NCBI GenBank assembly: GCA_043228905.1
Contig: JBHGNT010000002.1
Span: 10,478,001 to 10,542,000 of the forward strand
Reading direction: 5' to 3'
Source of the DNA: Azolla caroliniana
Taxonomy: Eukaryota > Plantae > Polypodiophyta
Length of the DNA: 64,000 bases
The translations under genes and the position numbers were made by a program. The notes beneath the pieces are model-generated. The model saw nothing but the letters and a program-made list of their open reading frames with translations, was not told the DNA's origin and did not search any database. Position 1 is the first letter of the stretch, and each line of letters opens with the position of its first letter. Positions 37,022-48,719 of the stretch are shown here, piece after piece.

Positions 37022-37605
37022 GTTCTCCTAATGAATTGTATGCCACAACGAGATTGTAAGTTGTTGCTTTCTCATGTTCTTAAGTTTTGTACTAATGTTG
37101 GTATGTCAATTTCCATGTTTCAATGGAATCTCAATTAACAACTGGTTTGGTCTATTCAATGTTGACACTAAATCTTTTATCATTAGGTGTTCCATTTCAT
37201 CATGCATTATTTGCACCTGGCCTTTCATCATATAGTAATTTGACTATTGACTTGAACTCTCCCAAAAGCAACTATAAAGAGGACTTGTCATCGCAACTTG
37301 CAATACAGAAAAGTGTGGGAAAATCTTATCCAAGCACCAAGAGAAGGTAGTTTTGGAGTAAGAAATACAAATGTATTGTATATGAACACATTTGTTTAAG
37401 AAGTGTCACCTCTGCTACATCAACAGGAAATCCTGCTATAACTCAGCAAACATTACGTCCTAAAGACATCCTTTCTAGGCATGAGGCATTGAAGAAAGTA
37501 AATGATCTCTTTGGTGGACTATCAAGTAGTGTGTTGCCTTCATTGCCAATTGTCCTCGACCTTCTCCGTCAATATGCTCCAGAACCTCTAGGACTTCAGC
37601 TACAG
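37022..37605 (+). pseudogene. FPGS: Folylpolyglutamate synthase (FPGS) C-terminal exon fragments (37022-37055, 37187-37605) captured in transposon F
   Basis: VLLMNCMPQRD; VPFHHALFAP..S.Y...DLSSQLAIQK/VWENL (frameshift); SSVLPSLPIVLDLLR....GLQLQ|GT, matching recalled plant FPGS motifs LLFNCM..RDP, F..ALFVP, DLSWQ..LQ.VWE, VFPSLP....LR, QVLVTGS; AG/GT boundaries retained. Confidence 0.75.
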
Positions 37606-40600
37606 GTTTTCTCTAATTTACTTTAGTGTAGTTGGCTTAGTGTTCAATTTATTATCTGAGAAATTGTTTTACCTAGAATTTGACTTATTTTTCATGAAAT
37701 TTAGGTAGAAGATGTGATTGGGAAATGCCATCAATGGTGTATACAAGAAATTTTATGATACCAATCAATGGATTAGTCTAGAAGATCTAGGAGCATAGAT
37801 GAATAGGTGTCTGAAGTGGACACCCTTCATTATGAGATTAATAGCTGATATCCTCAAAGTAGAGGAGTATATCATCAATGGCTGAAGTGTTGGCAGAATA
37901 TGTATGGAAATTGGTGATGGATGTAGAATTCTGGATCATAGAGAAAACAAAACTAGGAACTTGGTGAATTGGTCTCACCATGAGTATATATTGAGTATGA
38001 GGAAATCTATCTTGATTTAATTATCTTAAAAGCACTTGTATTATACAATAAATTGTTAAGGCAATGTCAAGACTTGATTCTAAAAGAGTAATTTCAAATA
38101 TAGAAGAGCAAGATAGACTTGGACTTACAAATATAGAAGAGGTTCTTCAAGTAATGACACCATATTTTGCAAGATCCCACATGATCTAGATTTTAATACC
38201 AAAGTGGTGAGTTGTTGTCTTGAGTGCACATGGGGCAATGTCAAGATCATTGAACATATTACATCCATTAACTTTAGAGGTTGCATATGCATAATAAATG
38301 GATACATACGCACTTGCCATAGATATAAGATATATAACACATACAATACAATACATATGTAAATAAACATGGAATACAATATTATACATACATGCAATAC
38401 AATATATACATATGAACATATGCAATACAACACTATGTACATATACACACATGTATAAAACTTGAATGTGTCTTTTATGTAAGGGCATTTAAAATGAATT
38501 GTTGTCAAAATATATATTGACACTAAGGGGTATTTTTATTAACCAATTTTTTATAAAAGGGTATCTAAAATAGTCAAAAACATACGTATAAGGGGTTTAT
38601 AAAAGATGTCGTGAATGCATGTGATATAGCCTCTTTATATATAGTGGAGCCCTCGGGTCCATGTCGACCTTAACAACCGAAACGATACCCCATAGTTCGC
38701 GCTTGACTTGGGTGTATTCTCGCTGTCGCTAGCTCAATACCTTCGCACCGAACCGGATAGGGAAGAGCGTGTTGTCTTTGTCCTCCTGATTTACAACCCA
38801 CCCAATTCCGGTCGGGTTGGTCTCCATTGTGATGTAAACTAGAGTTGTCGGTGTGTATACTACCTTGCGCAAAGCCGGTGCTGCGGTAAGCGTTCGTTTT
38901 AGCCTCTGGACCGCCTCGGTATGTTCTTCTGCCCATTCGAATTTCTTGTTCTTCTTCAGCAAGCCATAGAGTGGTTTGGCGATGTGCGCGTAATGACGGA
39001 CCCATATGTGGTCGAAGGCGCATGCTCCCAAGAAACGCCGGACCTCCGTGATGGATCCACACTCCTCCTTCATTGCTACGATGGCCTCTACCTTGGCCGG
39101 GGATGGCTTCCGACCGTACGACCCGCATAGGTGGCCAACCACTAAGATCTCTGGTTGTTCGAAGGCTGACTTCTCCCCAGAGAAGGTAAGCCGCGCACCC
39201 TCGAGCCCCTGCAATATCTTCTCACAGTCGAAGATGTGGTCCGTGACAAACCTTCGGCACTCGTCCGCTCCGATCGATTCATCCTTCGTGTCCTCCGGAC
39301 ATCCCTTTACAGGGATGTCGTCCAGGAATGGCATGGTGATGTCCGGGATGCAGTACCTCAGAACTCTATTCATTGCGTTCACCATGTGGGCCACCGAGTT
39401 GATTCATCCTTGCAATAGGGTGCACATCCGGACTAGGCCAAGAGGGGTTCGCATCGTCGTGATGTCCCTGCTTTCTATGGCTAGCTGGAATTGGTCGTAC
39501 CCTGAGTATAGGTCTCCAATCGAGTATATGGACCCTCCGGTAAAGGCTTCTGCGAACTCATCGTTCGACGGTCCGACTCCCATATTGCGGATGGTCACTT
39601 TATTGACCGACTGTAGATCCTGGATGAAGCGCAGCGTACCGTTCTTCTTCGGTACCATAAACCATTGGTTAAAGTAAGGGGCACTCGACGGTTCGAGGAT
39701 GTCCAGCTCCACTTTCTGCTTAAGGAGCTCCATCAGCATCGGCATGTGAACTCTTGGCACCTGAATCGGCTTGAGACTCCACGGCATGTGTGGCACCGTA
39801 AAGATCACCATTGGTTCGACAATGGTCGGGTCCACGCACCCGATCTCTCTCGGTGAGAATGCGAAGGCTTTCCCGTGTCTCTCGAGCATCCTCTTGAACT
39901 GGTCCTCTTCCAATGGCAGTAGGAAGACACCCCCACCGATCTTCGGCTCTCGTAGCGTTTTGTCGGTAAAACGGTGTCCTATGCCAGCTGGATCTCGCAA
40001 GCTGGGGTCGGTAGCGACCCCCTTTATTCGTTCCCAGCTGCCCTTAGGTAAGGGAGCCGCGACGGGCTTCATCTTCTAGTCCACAATCTTGTACTTGGTG
40101 TCTACTCGGGCGATCTGATGCATCCTAGTTTCCCTTTCAAAATCCGCAATGACTTCGTACATGTCGACCGAGTTGACCGGTATGACGTGGTTTTCGCTCA
40201 GGCCTCCTTCGACTACCCTCCCGATTTCCCCAAGGGTGTCATCAAACAAGACCACCTCCACGGCGTCTCCAATCCTTTCGTCTTGGTTCAAGGCTCCGCA
40301 CGCCTTGAAGCGCATCTCGGCCCGTTTACTTTCTCGGCCACTAATGTCGGTTATGGTGCAACCTCCATTGTTGGGGAACAAAATTTTCCTACCTATATTA
40401 CAGGTGTGGGGAATTTTCCGGCCATCCGGACTACTGCGGCCCCACGCCTTGATAGCCCTTTCTAAAACTCCGCCCAGTCGTTATTTTCGAGGGTGTCCTG
40501 GTTTCGCTTGTGATTCTTCCTCACCATCAAAAACTGGATGGAATGACGGCCGTCCTGACTTTTACCCTTGCATAAGCCGAGCCATTGTCCAACACTTTTG

Positions 40601-42598
40601 TCTCCATTCCAGCCGCCATGATGTACGGTTCGCCGAGGATGACCGGGTGGGAAGACATCTCTTGCACGAAAAAGTGACGGTTTATGTCGACGTCTCCAAT
40701 GCTCACTCTGACGTTTGAGCAAGCCTTGTGTAGTTCTTCCGTGGCTCTCGTAGCCGTGCGTATCTTCCACCCATGTTTGTTGTTGATCGGCCATTTCCCC
40801 TTTTTGTAGAAGCCCATAGACATTAGGTTGATTTTCGACCTGTGGTCGATCAACGCTACCACCGGTTCCTTCACGTCTCCGATGCGAATCGGGGTTTCCG
40901 TAGTCGCTCTTGCCCAGTGTGGCCTGGCATAGTGGCTTTCCGCAAGCTCGTCTTCCATGACCATCTCATCGAGGAGCGCCGCCCTTACTTCAACCGGCTT
41001 CTCAAGCTCCGGTTCCGTCACAAGACGCTTTCTTTTTACGAGGTCCACGATGCTATCGTGGAATTCCCTTCTCGCTATTCCAAGAACTTCTCTTACCGTA
41101 AGTTCTATGCGACTATCGACTGCTCAGTCCTCTAGAACCTTCTGTAGGTTCGTCGTTTTATCGATCTCCAAGCTTAATTGGAAGCTCGGACCCCTACCCT
41201 TTTCCTTCTCCTGGGACCCGGTTGGAGTGGCAACGTGTCTTTTGGTCCTGCTTCGGGTGTCATACCTCTCCGAAGGGCCCACCCCCTGGTCTTTCCGGCT
41301 CGCCTTTTGTCAATCAGAGCTTCGTAGTTCCTGCACGCGGCTTCCACAAAGCCGGTGATTTCTTCAACTGGGTCACTCCAGCCAATGACCTCGCGCACAT
41401 GCTCCCCTGCGCGGTCCGCTTCTTCCTTCTACAGCCTTCCCTTAGACAAGGTCTCGAGTACCACTGGCCAGAACCCGGGTTTTGTATCGGGCTTAGCCAC
41501 CTTTTCTCCTACGCGGATGCCGGCCGAAGTCGAGTAGTGGATGGCTTTGACGTGTCGCGTCGTGGTCTCTTCCATTAACCTCTTCATGCCACCCCATCCG
41601 AAATTTACTTCAAGCATTCTTCGTGTGTCGCTCGCATGAATCTTGCCATTCGAAAGATAAATCACATTACTCCTGAGTGCTTCGTTGAAGTCGGTGCAAT
41701 CTCTCTGGGCATGTCCGATGGCGTTGCACCATATGCGCCTTTGGTTGGCCGGCGGTCGTCGGTCGCGCGGCTGACCCTCGTCACTTCGTCGGGTCTGGAC
41801 GATCTGGAGGTCTCGCACCATCCTTGTTAGTTCTTCCAGTCTTGCGACTACGTTCACCTAGGGTGGGCCTAGCTCGAGCCACCTCTTCGCTTCTTCCGTT
41901 CGGGTCGGCGTCAGTTCAGCCCTAATTTCGACAGTTCGTCCGGCCGGCGAGGACCCCTTCTCTTTCAAGTCTTGCATTTGTCGATCCTGCCGCACACTCC
42001 TTTGACAATAGCCTAGTCGGTCGTGAGACCGTTGTTTGTTTCAAGAAGAAGGCCCCCGCTTTCGCGGACGCGACAATCGAACGATGTAACGAACAATAGG
42101 ACCTTGCTCGTCTCGAGCACGGTCCGGTCCAATGTAGAGAGCCGCACGAACTGCGACTCGAACTCCTGGAGGAGCGCCGAAGCGTTATGACCCTTGTTAG
42201 GGCTGTTAACCCAATCCACAAAGTCCTTTCTCGATAGTTGGAGTGAGTCGTCGTAGCTATACCTTTCAAGAACTTGCTCCGCGAAGTCCGCCCAATCGCG
42301 GCAGCTCATTTGTATTTCGATCATCTCTGTATGGATGCTCGGCATCACGACTTGGGAAAACCCTGTCAGCCATCTATCCTTCGGTATATTCCTCATTTGC
42401 ATTTCGGATTTGTAGGCCTCTAAGTAACTCGTGGTGTCATTCCCACTAAACCGGCTTATCTTGTTGACCGTTGCTTCTATGGCCTTGTCGAGGGCATGTG
42501 CCCTCGCGAGCGTTGACCAGGCGATCTACCGCTACCGCCATTGTTCTCGTGTGTTTCACACTGTTTCCTCCTATGGCCCGGAATCTTCACGACAATGT

Positions 42599-44352
42599 TG
42601 TCGCGAAGTTTCGCGCACGTGTGTTACTTGGGCGGGACCACGGGGGTCTTGGACTAGGGAGTACTCAAGGGATAGAGAAGACCCGAGGTTTGCTTTATGA
42701 CAATACTACTTCCCCACCCCTTTCCGAGCAAGGTCTCATTCCCCTTTTGTTTTGTGAGGCCGGTGCCTCTCGTTGATCACGACTCGTCGACCTTCCGAGA
42801 TCACCGTACGAGCCAAGTGACCAAACGAGTACAAGCAAGATGAGCACGCAACATGAACGCACAAGGGGACGATAACACAAACACGAATGTCCATACGGCT
42901 TTATGAGGAGGAGAGGTGCATGGGCGCGCCTGAACGCTCCCTCGTGACAAGACGTCAAACGTACGTGGAAGACACAAAACTCACGCACAAAATGCTCATA
43001 TGCCTTTATGAGGAGAAGAGGTGCATGGGCAAGCCCGAACGGTTCCCTCGTCACAAGACGGTCGAACGTACAAGGAAGACACAAACACACACACAAATGC
43101 TTGTACGTCTTTATGAGGAGGAGAGGTGCATGGGCAAGCCCGAACGGTCCCCTCGTCACAAGACGGTCGAACGTACAAGGAAGACACAAACACACGCACA
43201 AATGCTCGTACGCCTTTATGAGGAGGAGAGGTGCATGGGCAAGCCCGAACGGTCCCCTCGTCACAAGACGGTCGAACGTACAAGGAGGACACAAACACAC
43301 GCACAAAATGCTTGTACGCCTTTATGAGGAGGAGAGGTGCATGGGCAAGCCCGAACGGTCCCCTCGTCACAAGACGGCCGAACGTACAAGGAAGACACAA
43401 ACACACATACAAATGCTCGTACGCCTTTATGAGGAGGAGAGGTGCATGGGCAAGCCTGAACGGTCCCCTCGTCACAAGACGGCCGAACGTACAAGAAAGA
43501 CACGAATAAAAAAAGAAGGAGAGAAAGAACACGAACAATATTGACCAAAGAGTTAAATACGTGTTTGATTCTAATGCAAGAGGACCCTTTATAAAATAGG
43601 GTTTTTTTTTACAATGGCAACTTATAGTTAACTACAAGCTCAATCAAAACATAAATATTAAATGCCCTTAGAGACAAGGCAAAACCGAACACAGCGAAGA
43701 CGAACACACGAGCACCACCAAAATGCCAATCCCAACGAACCACGACCACCCGAACGGCAAGCACACGGGCTCGCAACGACGAACGGGGCGGAGCAACGTC
43801 GAGCCAACGAAGCTTGGGCTCACGAGCACGTGGCGATGGGGGGATGAAGGGGTATGAGATGAAGAAAAGTGGTGAATAAGGAGATGAAGAGCTTCGAAGG
43901 AAAATTGGCGATAGTCTCCTCCTCCCAAAACGTCCCTCCCAATGAGCCCCCCTCGACCTCCTTTTATAGGAAAAAAGAAGGGGGGGGTCGCCAAATTTGT
44001 CTTCAGTGAAAAAGGAATAAAATTCCTTAAATCACGCTGCATTGTAAGACTAGATTCAAACCGTGCACCTCTAGCTAGTAGTCAATGTGACTATCCACTA
44101 ACCCACTAACTCTTTCTTATATAATATATAATTCTATGTCTATAAATTTATAGCCTGTCTCCCCTCTACCCTTTATCTCACCTCTCTCTTACTTTTTGCA
44201 CGAGCTTCTATACCTCCCTTTTACCCTTTGTTTTCCTTTTTATTTTGCATATGCACAATTAATCGCTTTTGTGTGCACACACATTGCACATGCACATTTT
44301 TGACCCCCTTTTCGCCGGTTTTTCCCACCCTCGAGCACGCCACATCACGACA
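42599..44352 (-). mobile_element. Solo LTR E (1754 bp) of the TGTCG...CGACA Gypsy lineage, abutting Gypsy C
   Basis: Termini TGTCGCG...CACGACA, flanked by ATGT (42595-42598) and ACGT (44353-44356); shares the U5 motif with C, D and H; no coding domains. Confidence 0.8.
42875..43505. repeat. Six-copy 105-bp tandem repeat inside solo LTR E
   Basis: TTTATGAGGAGGAGAGGTGCATGGGCAAGCCCGAACGG... at 42900, 43005, 43110, 43215, 43321, 43426. Confidence 0.95.
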
Positions 44353-46013
44353 ACGTAGTATCGGCATCCGCCGATCATTGGCGTTTGAGACGGTCCCCAT
44401 ACATCTGAGTGTATGATGTCGAGGATGCCTTTGCTCGCATGGCTCTCCTTCGGGAATGGGAGTCGATGTTGTTTCCCGAGTTGACAGGCTTCGCATACTG
44501 GGTCGACTCGTTTCGACTCGAATGTCAGAAGTCTGATGATGACTCCCTTCGTTTGCATCGCTCGAAGCCATTGGAGGTTTATGTGGCCGATTCTCTTGTG
44601 CCACAACTCGATGCTTGTCTCAGTTTTGAGACCTTTAGCATACATTGCCAATTTCACCTCGTTCGAATCGAAGATGAACATTCGGCTGTCTCTCCGCCCC
44701 TTCACTATTAGTCGACCATCTTTCTCGATGAAGAATTCTTCTTTGTTGAAGCAAACTTCCATTCCTAGCTCCACGATTTGGCCTACCGAGACCAAATTCT
44801 TCGTTATCGTGGGTACGTGCAAGACATTCTTGATGTAGTTGTTCTTGCCATCGTTGTCGAATGGAACGTTGCTGATGTGCCGAATGGGATGCGTGGTGTC
44901 GTCTCCCGTCTCTATGTAGCCGGGTCGATTCGGTGTACGCAAGTCATTGAACCACTCTTTGTGGGATGTCATGTGATGTGAGGCGCCGGAATTGATGAAC
45001 CACATGTCTTTTGAATTGGAGATGCTTACAGAGTTGGAGGTCATCATAGAGTTCGCTCTATGCCTCATTACCCGTAATCATCGTATTCGGAGTTGACGAC
45101 GTAATTCGTGAGTTGTCGACTTGTGGAAGCCGACTCACTTCCCTTTTTCAGACACTCCGCCTCGTAGTGGCCGATTTTGCCACAATAATTGCAAGTTGCG
45201 GGCCTCGTTTGCCAACCATGTTCAGCGTGGAAGTTCCCCCTTCTTCCGAAGGTTCCTCAATGGCTTCCGTGAAGGTTTGAGTTCCCTTCATGTGATGGGT
45301 TGAATTGGCCTCTTCTACTGTCGTAACCTCGTCCTCGGCCACCATCCAAATTCAAAAAGAACATTTGTCCTTCCGATGTCTTCGTCTTTGTTTGGACGTG
45401 GTTCTCTTCGACCAATAGCATTGATTAGAGGTCAAAGAAAGAATGAGGGTTTTCTCTTGCCAAGATTTCCGTCCGTAATGGATCAAATTATTGTACGAGG
45501 CCGCCCAAGCATACTTGAACCATCTCATCTTCGTCAACGTTTATTTTGATGGAGCCAAGCGAGTTGCAAATGCTCTTAATATTGGCGGAGTAGTCTGACA
45601 CAGACATGTCTTTTTGCCAAATGTCGTTCAACTCTTGTCGGAGATGAAGTTTTCGGGCGGTCGTGTTGGCGGCGAACATTTTCTTTAAGTTCTCCCACAC
45701 CTCTTTAGGCATCTCGGCGTCTCGAATGTGGCTAAGAATGTGGTTGTGGACACATGTTGCCAAGTAATACATTACCCGACTCGCTCCTTGCTCCCACGTT
45801 GGGTAGTTGGCGTTCTTTGAGTCGGGTCGATTTTCTTGTGCGGCGTTGATGTAGCTCCAGTACCCTTGGCTAACAAGGTATTGGGTCATCTTGTACTCCC
45901 AAGATGAATAATTGCTCTGGTCTAGTTTTTCACTAGGGAGCTAGCTACCCATTTGTGTGTTCATGTTGATTGTAGTGTCTTCTCTTCTTTTTCTTTTCTT
46001 CCTTTGATCACGT

Positions 46014-47512
46014 TGTCGTGAAGATTCCGGGCCATAGTGAGAAACCGGGGAAATTCAGGAGAATCGGCGGAGTGCATCATGTGCACTCACCCTTGTATAA
46101 ACGTGTGAATAATAGGGGTGCCTTTATGGCGTCGAGTGGGAGTCAAGTCGGGACAAAGAATCCCATGTAAATCGGGATTTATCCCACATTGTAACGCATC
46201 CCTCTCCTTGTTCTATAAAAGGAAGGGAGCGCCCTTTGTGAAGGGGTTGCCCATTTTGAGTTAGGAGGGTATACCACTTAGGTTTAGGGTTTGGTAGTTT
46301 TCTTGGTCTTCCTCTCATTCTTATTCTTAGGGTTTTTACTTTGGTCTGCACCCTATTTCGTTTAGGGTTTCATCTTCATCATCATCATCATCTTCTTCTT
46401 CTTCTTCTACCTCGTCGTGTCTGTTGAGGGTTTTAGCCGGGTGAAGAGCTTGGATGTTATGTGGGGGTTTACTTCTACTCGGCCTCCTGTGCAAGACCCC
46501 ACTCGGCGTGACGAGCCCGAGAGCTCCCCGAGTGCGGCTTAGCGGGAGACTGCTGTTGTGACCTAGCCTACCTTAGTCCGGCTCGGAGCCGGAGTTGTAA
46601 CTCACTCTTGTAATCATATATATAAAGGGTTCTGCATATTTGTGTCTCTGTTGGTGTCAGGTGCGTTTCTTTCCTTTGTTTCCTGTGTGTATAAGAGTCG
46701 ATGTCGCACGCATGTTCTCTCTCTCTCCCTCTCGTCTTTCTGTTCTACTTCTATGTCTGTTCAGTTTCGTCTTGGTCTCACTCTGTTTCTATTAGGGTTC
46801 CGTCGAGGCACTTTCTTTGTGCTCTCCGATTTCTGATTAGGTCTCGCTTGTGTGCGTGAGAGGGCGTGCGCGCTCAAGTGCGGTAGATAGAGTGTGGGTT
46901 GCCTTCGTTGCTTCTTGGCCTCTGTCGTTCTTGATGTGCCATGCGCTAAGCGGATCGACCGAAAGTTCCCTCCTTGGCGCCCAAGTCCCAACTCAAGCTG
47001 GCGAGCCCGTGCGCTTCCGGCAGGCGGCTTGGCGACAAGAGGCGGTTGTTCAAGGAAGGGGCGTGTCCTGCACGATGATCCCACTCTGTCGCAATCCCCG
47101 ACTGATCCTGGGATACAGGCTCCCTCTTCCTCTCTGTGCGGAACCGACGTCGTGGGCGTAGGCGTAGGTGTGTTTCTAGGTAGCTTAGGCATCATGTGCA
47201 TGAGGCTAAGTTCTAACAGGTGTCGAAGAGCCGATCAAAACCGGGTGTATATGTGTGCATGCGTGCGTGCAGGCGCGGTTAACCGGGCTGTGACCCGTGC
47301 CTGTTTTTGGGCCCTTGTACATACGAACCGAAGGGCAGTGAAGATGAGTGCGCGTCTTCTCACTCCGCGGACGGTTATCGGTTGCAACCGAGAAGAAATT
47401 GGCAGTGCGGCAAGATCCCAAGGACTCAAGCCTCCGACAGCCTCCTCTCTCCTGGTCCATGACCCCGATGGTCCCGCTTGGATTCGACATGCAAGCGTGA
47501 AATCCCGCGACA
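46014..47512 (+). mobile_element. Solo LTR H (1499 bp) of the same Gypsy lineage, inserted in the Copia B leader
   Basis: Starts TGTCGTGAAGATTCCGGGCCATAG (identical to the Gypsy C LTR start), ends CCCGCGACA; perfect ACGT TSD (46010-46013, 47513-47516). Confidence 0.9.
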
Positions 47513-48079
47513 ACGTACACGTGCCACGTAGCATCACTACAGTAGCCAATAGCCGGATTTTGTCGTCGGCGTCTCGAACACACAATCACGGAGTCGGGTG
47601 GGCTTAGTGGATTTTCTAAACCACACGCTCTGATACCATGTTAAGAATTAGGTAAGTAATTAAGCAAAGATTAATTAGTACCTAATTATGTGATTAAGTT
47701 AAGCAAAAGATTATGTGATATGTGTGTGTATGTGTGTGAGAGGAAGAGAGAGAGAGAGAGAGATAAACTTATGAACAACACAAGATGGGGGATGAGTAAC
47801 TATATTAAATTAACATTATTATCATCATCATCAAATACAAAAATACCTACAATGAGGTATATATAGATCTCATGTGCAAGGGTGCACATGTGTGAGAATA
47901 ATATAGGTACAAAAGTGTAAGTCCTACATTAAATGTAGTTGGGAGTGGAGGATCTAGAATATCCCACTTAAGTACGAGGTCCTATTTAAGTCGTTATAGT
48001 CAACACTTCTAACTAGATTCTAAACTACATGGTTGACTAACTAATTGAACTAAGTTAAGGTTGATCTCTCAACAATTTG

Positions 48080-48719
48080 TTTTGCAATCGGTGTGGTGAG
48101 TCGATTCAGCAACAAGCCGAAGGAGACTCATTGGAAAGCTGCACTACATGTATTAAAGTACATTGTGGGTACTTTAAATTATGGAATCTTCTACAAGCCA
48201 ACAATTGACGAACTTAGTGGATATTGCGACTCTGATTGGGCTGGAGATAGTGATTCCAGAAAATTAGTTTCTAGATATTGTTTTTCAATAGGCTTTGGAG
48301 CTGTTTCATGGAGTAGTAAAAAACAATCAACAGTGGCACTATCTTCAAGGGAGGCAGAATAGAAAGCAACATGCATAGCGGCATGCGAGGTAGTTTGGCT
48401 AAGAACAATCCTTATGGATGTGGCGGTTCCTGTAAGGACGACAATGTTATTGAGGTGTGACGATCAGACTTGCATGGCCATTGCCAAGGACCCCGTATTT
48501 CATGCACGTACTAAACACATAGAGATTCAGTATCACTATGTGCGGGAGCTAATAAATGATGAGACTGTGGAGCTTGAGTATTGTCCGACATCAGAAAATG
48601 TTGCGGATATCTTCACAAAGGCGCTTGGAGCAAAACAGCAACAACAACACCTTCGACGACTAGGAGTTGGCCCAATTCTAAGTGAACTCAATGGGTTGAC
48701 CATTGAGGGGGCGTGTTAG
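48080..48719 (+). pseudogene. Copia A RT end and RNase H
   Basis: Continues TRPDIC|FAIGVVSRF across the Copia B insertion; GYCDSDWAGD, SSKKQSTVALSS.EAE, HARTKHIEIQYH, ADIFTK. Confidence 0.95.

Larger units (their letters stand above)
18340..38657. mobile_element. Transposon F: non-autonomous TIR DNA transposon carrying host gene fragments (~6.8 kb after removing nested LINE G and Gypsy D)
   Basis: 17-bp TIR CCCGGGGGCTTCACTGT (18340-18356) / CCCGAGGGCTCCACTAT (reverse complement of 38641-38657), 14/17 identical; 8-bp TSD TCCATGTC (18332-18339, 38658-38665); Gypsy C RNase H continues across the insertion. Confidence 0.9.
15989..42594 (-). mobile_element. Gypsy C: degenerate non-chromovirus Ty3/Gypsy element (3' LTR 15989-16626; only a 53-bp 5' LTR remnant at 42542-42594), interrupted in RNase H by transposon F
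   Basis: gag ~42500-41000, protease LIDHRSKINL, RT (DLYSGYDQF, PFLDD) 40072-38729, RNase H and integrase 18336-16800, PPT 16627-16635; clear homology to Gypsy D proteins. Confidence 0.9.
14412..48074 (-). mobile_element. Copia B (5' LTR 47639-48074, 3' LTR 14412-14731); gag-PR-INT present but degraded, RT/RNase H absent
   Basis: 5-bp TSD ATTTG (14407-14411, 48075-48079); tRNA-iMet PBS 47627-47638; PPT 14732-14740; gag ~45965-45070, WFINSGASHHM protease, integrase split at GGCRYY|VTFINDYSR by Gypsy C and solo LTR E. Confidence 0.95.

Noticed and set aside
37706-38290. Possible transposase or third captured gene fragment in transposon F
   Set aside because: Exon-like composition but broken frames and no motif I can recognise.
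42875-43505. 105-bp and 23-bp arrays as CRISPR-like loci or repeat proteins
   Set aside because: Head-to-tail repeats with no unique spacers, no cas genes, eukaryotic LTR context; ORFs result from the 35-codon period.
42599-44352. This segment as the 5' LTR of Gypsy C
   Set aside because: Length and sequence differ from the 3' LTR (638 bp), the true 5' LTR remnant is at 42542-42594, there is no PBS, and the segment has its own 4-bp flanks.
46640-47610. GC-rich ORFs (237, 146, 127 aa) as extra genes
   Set aside because: Lie in solo LTR H or cross its boundary; overlapping on both strands with no recognisable domain.
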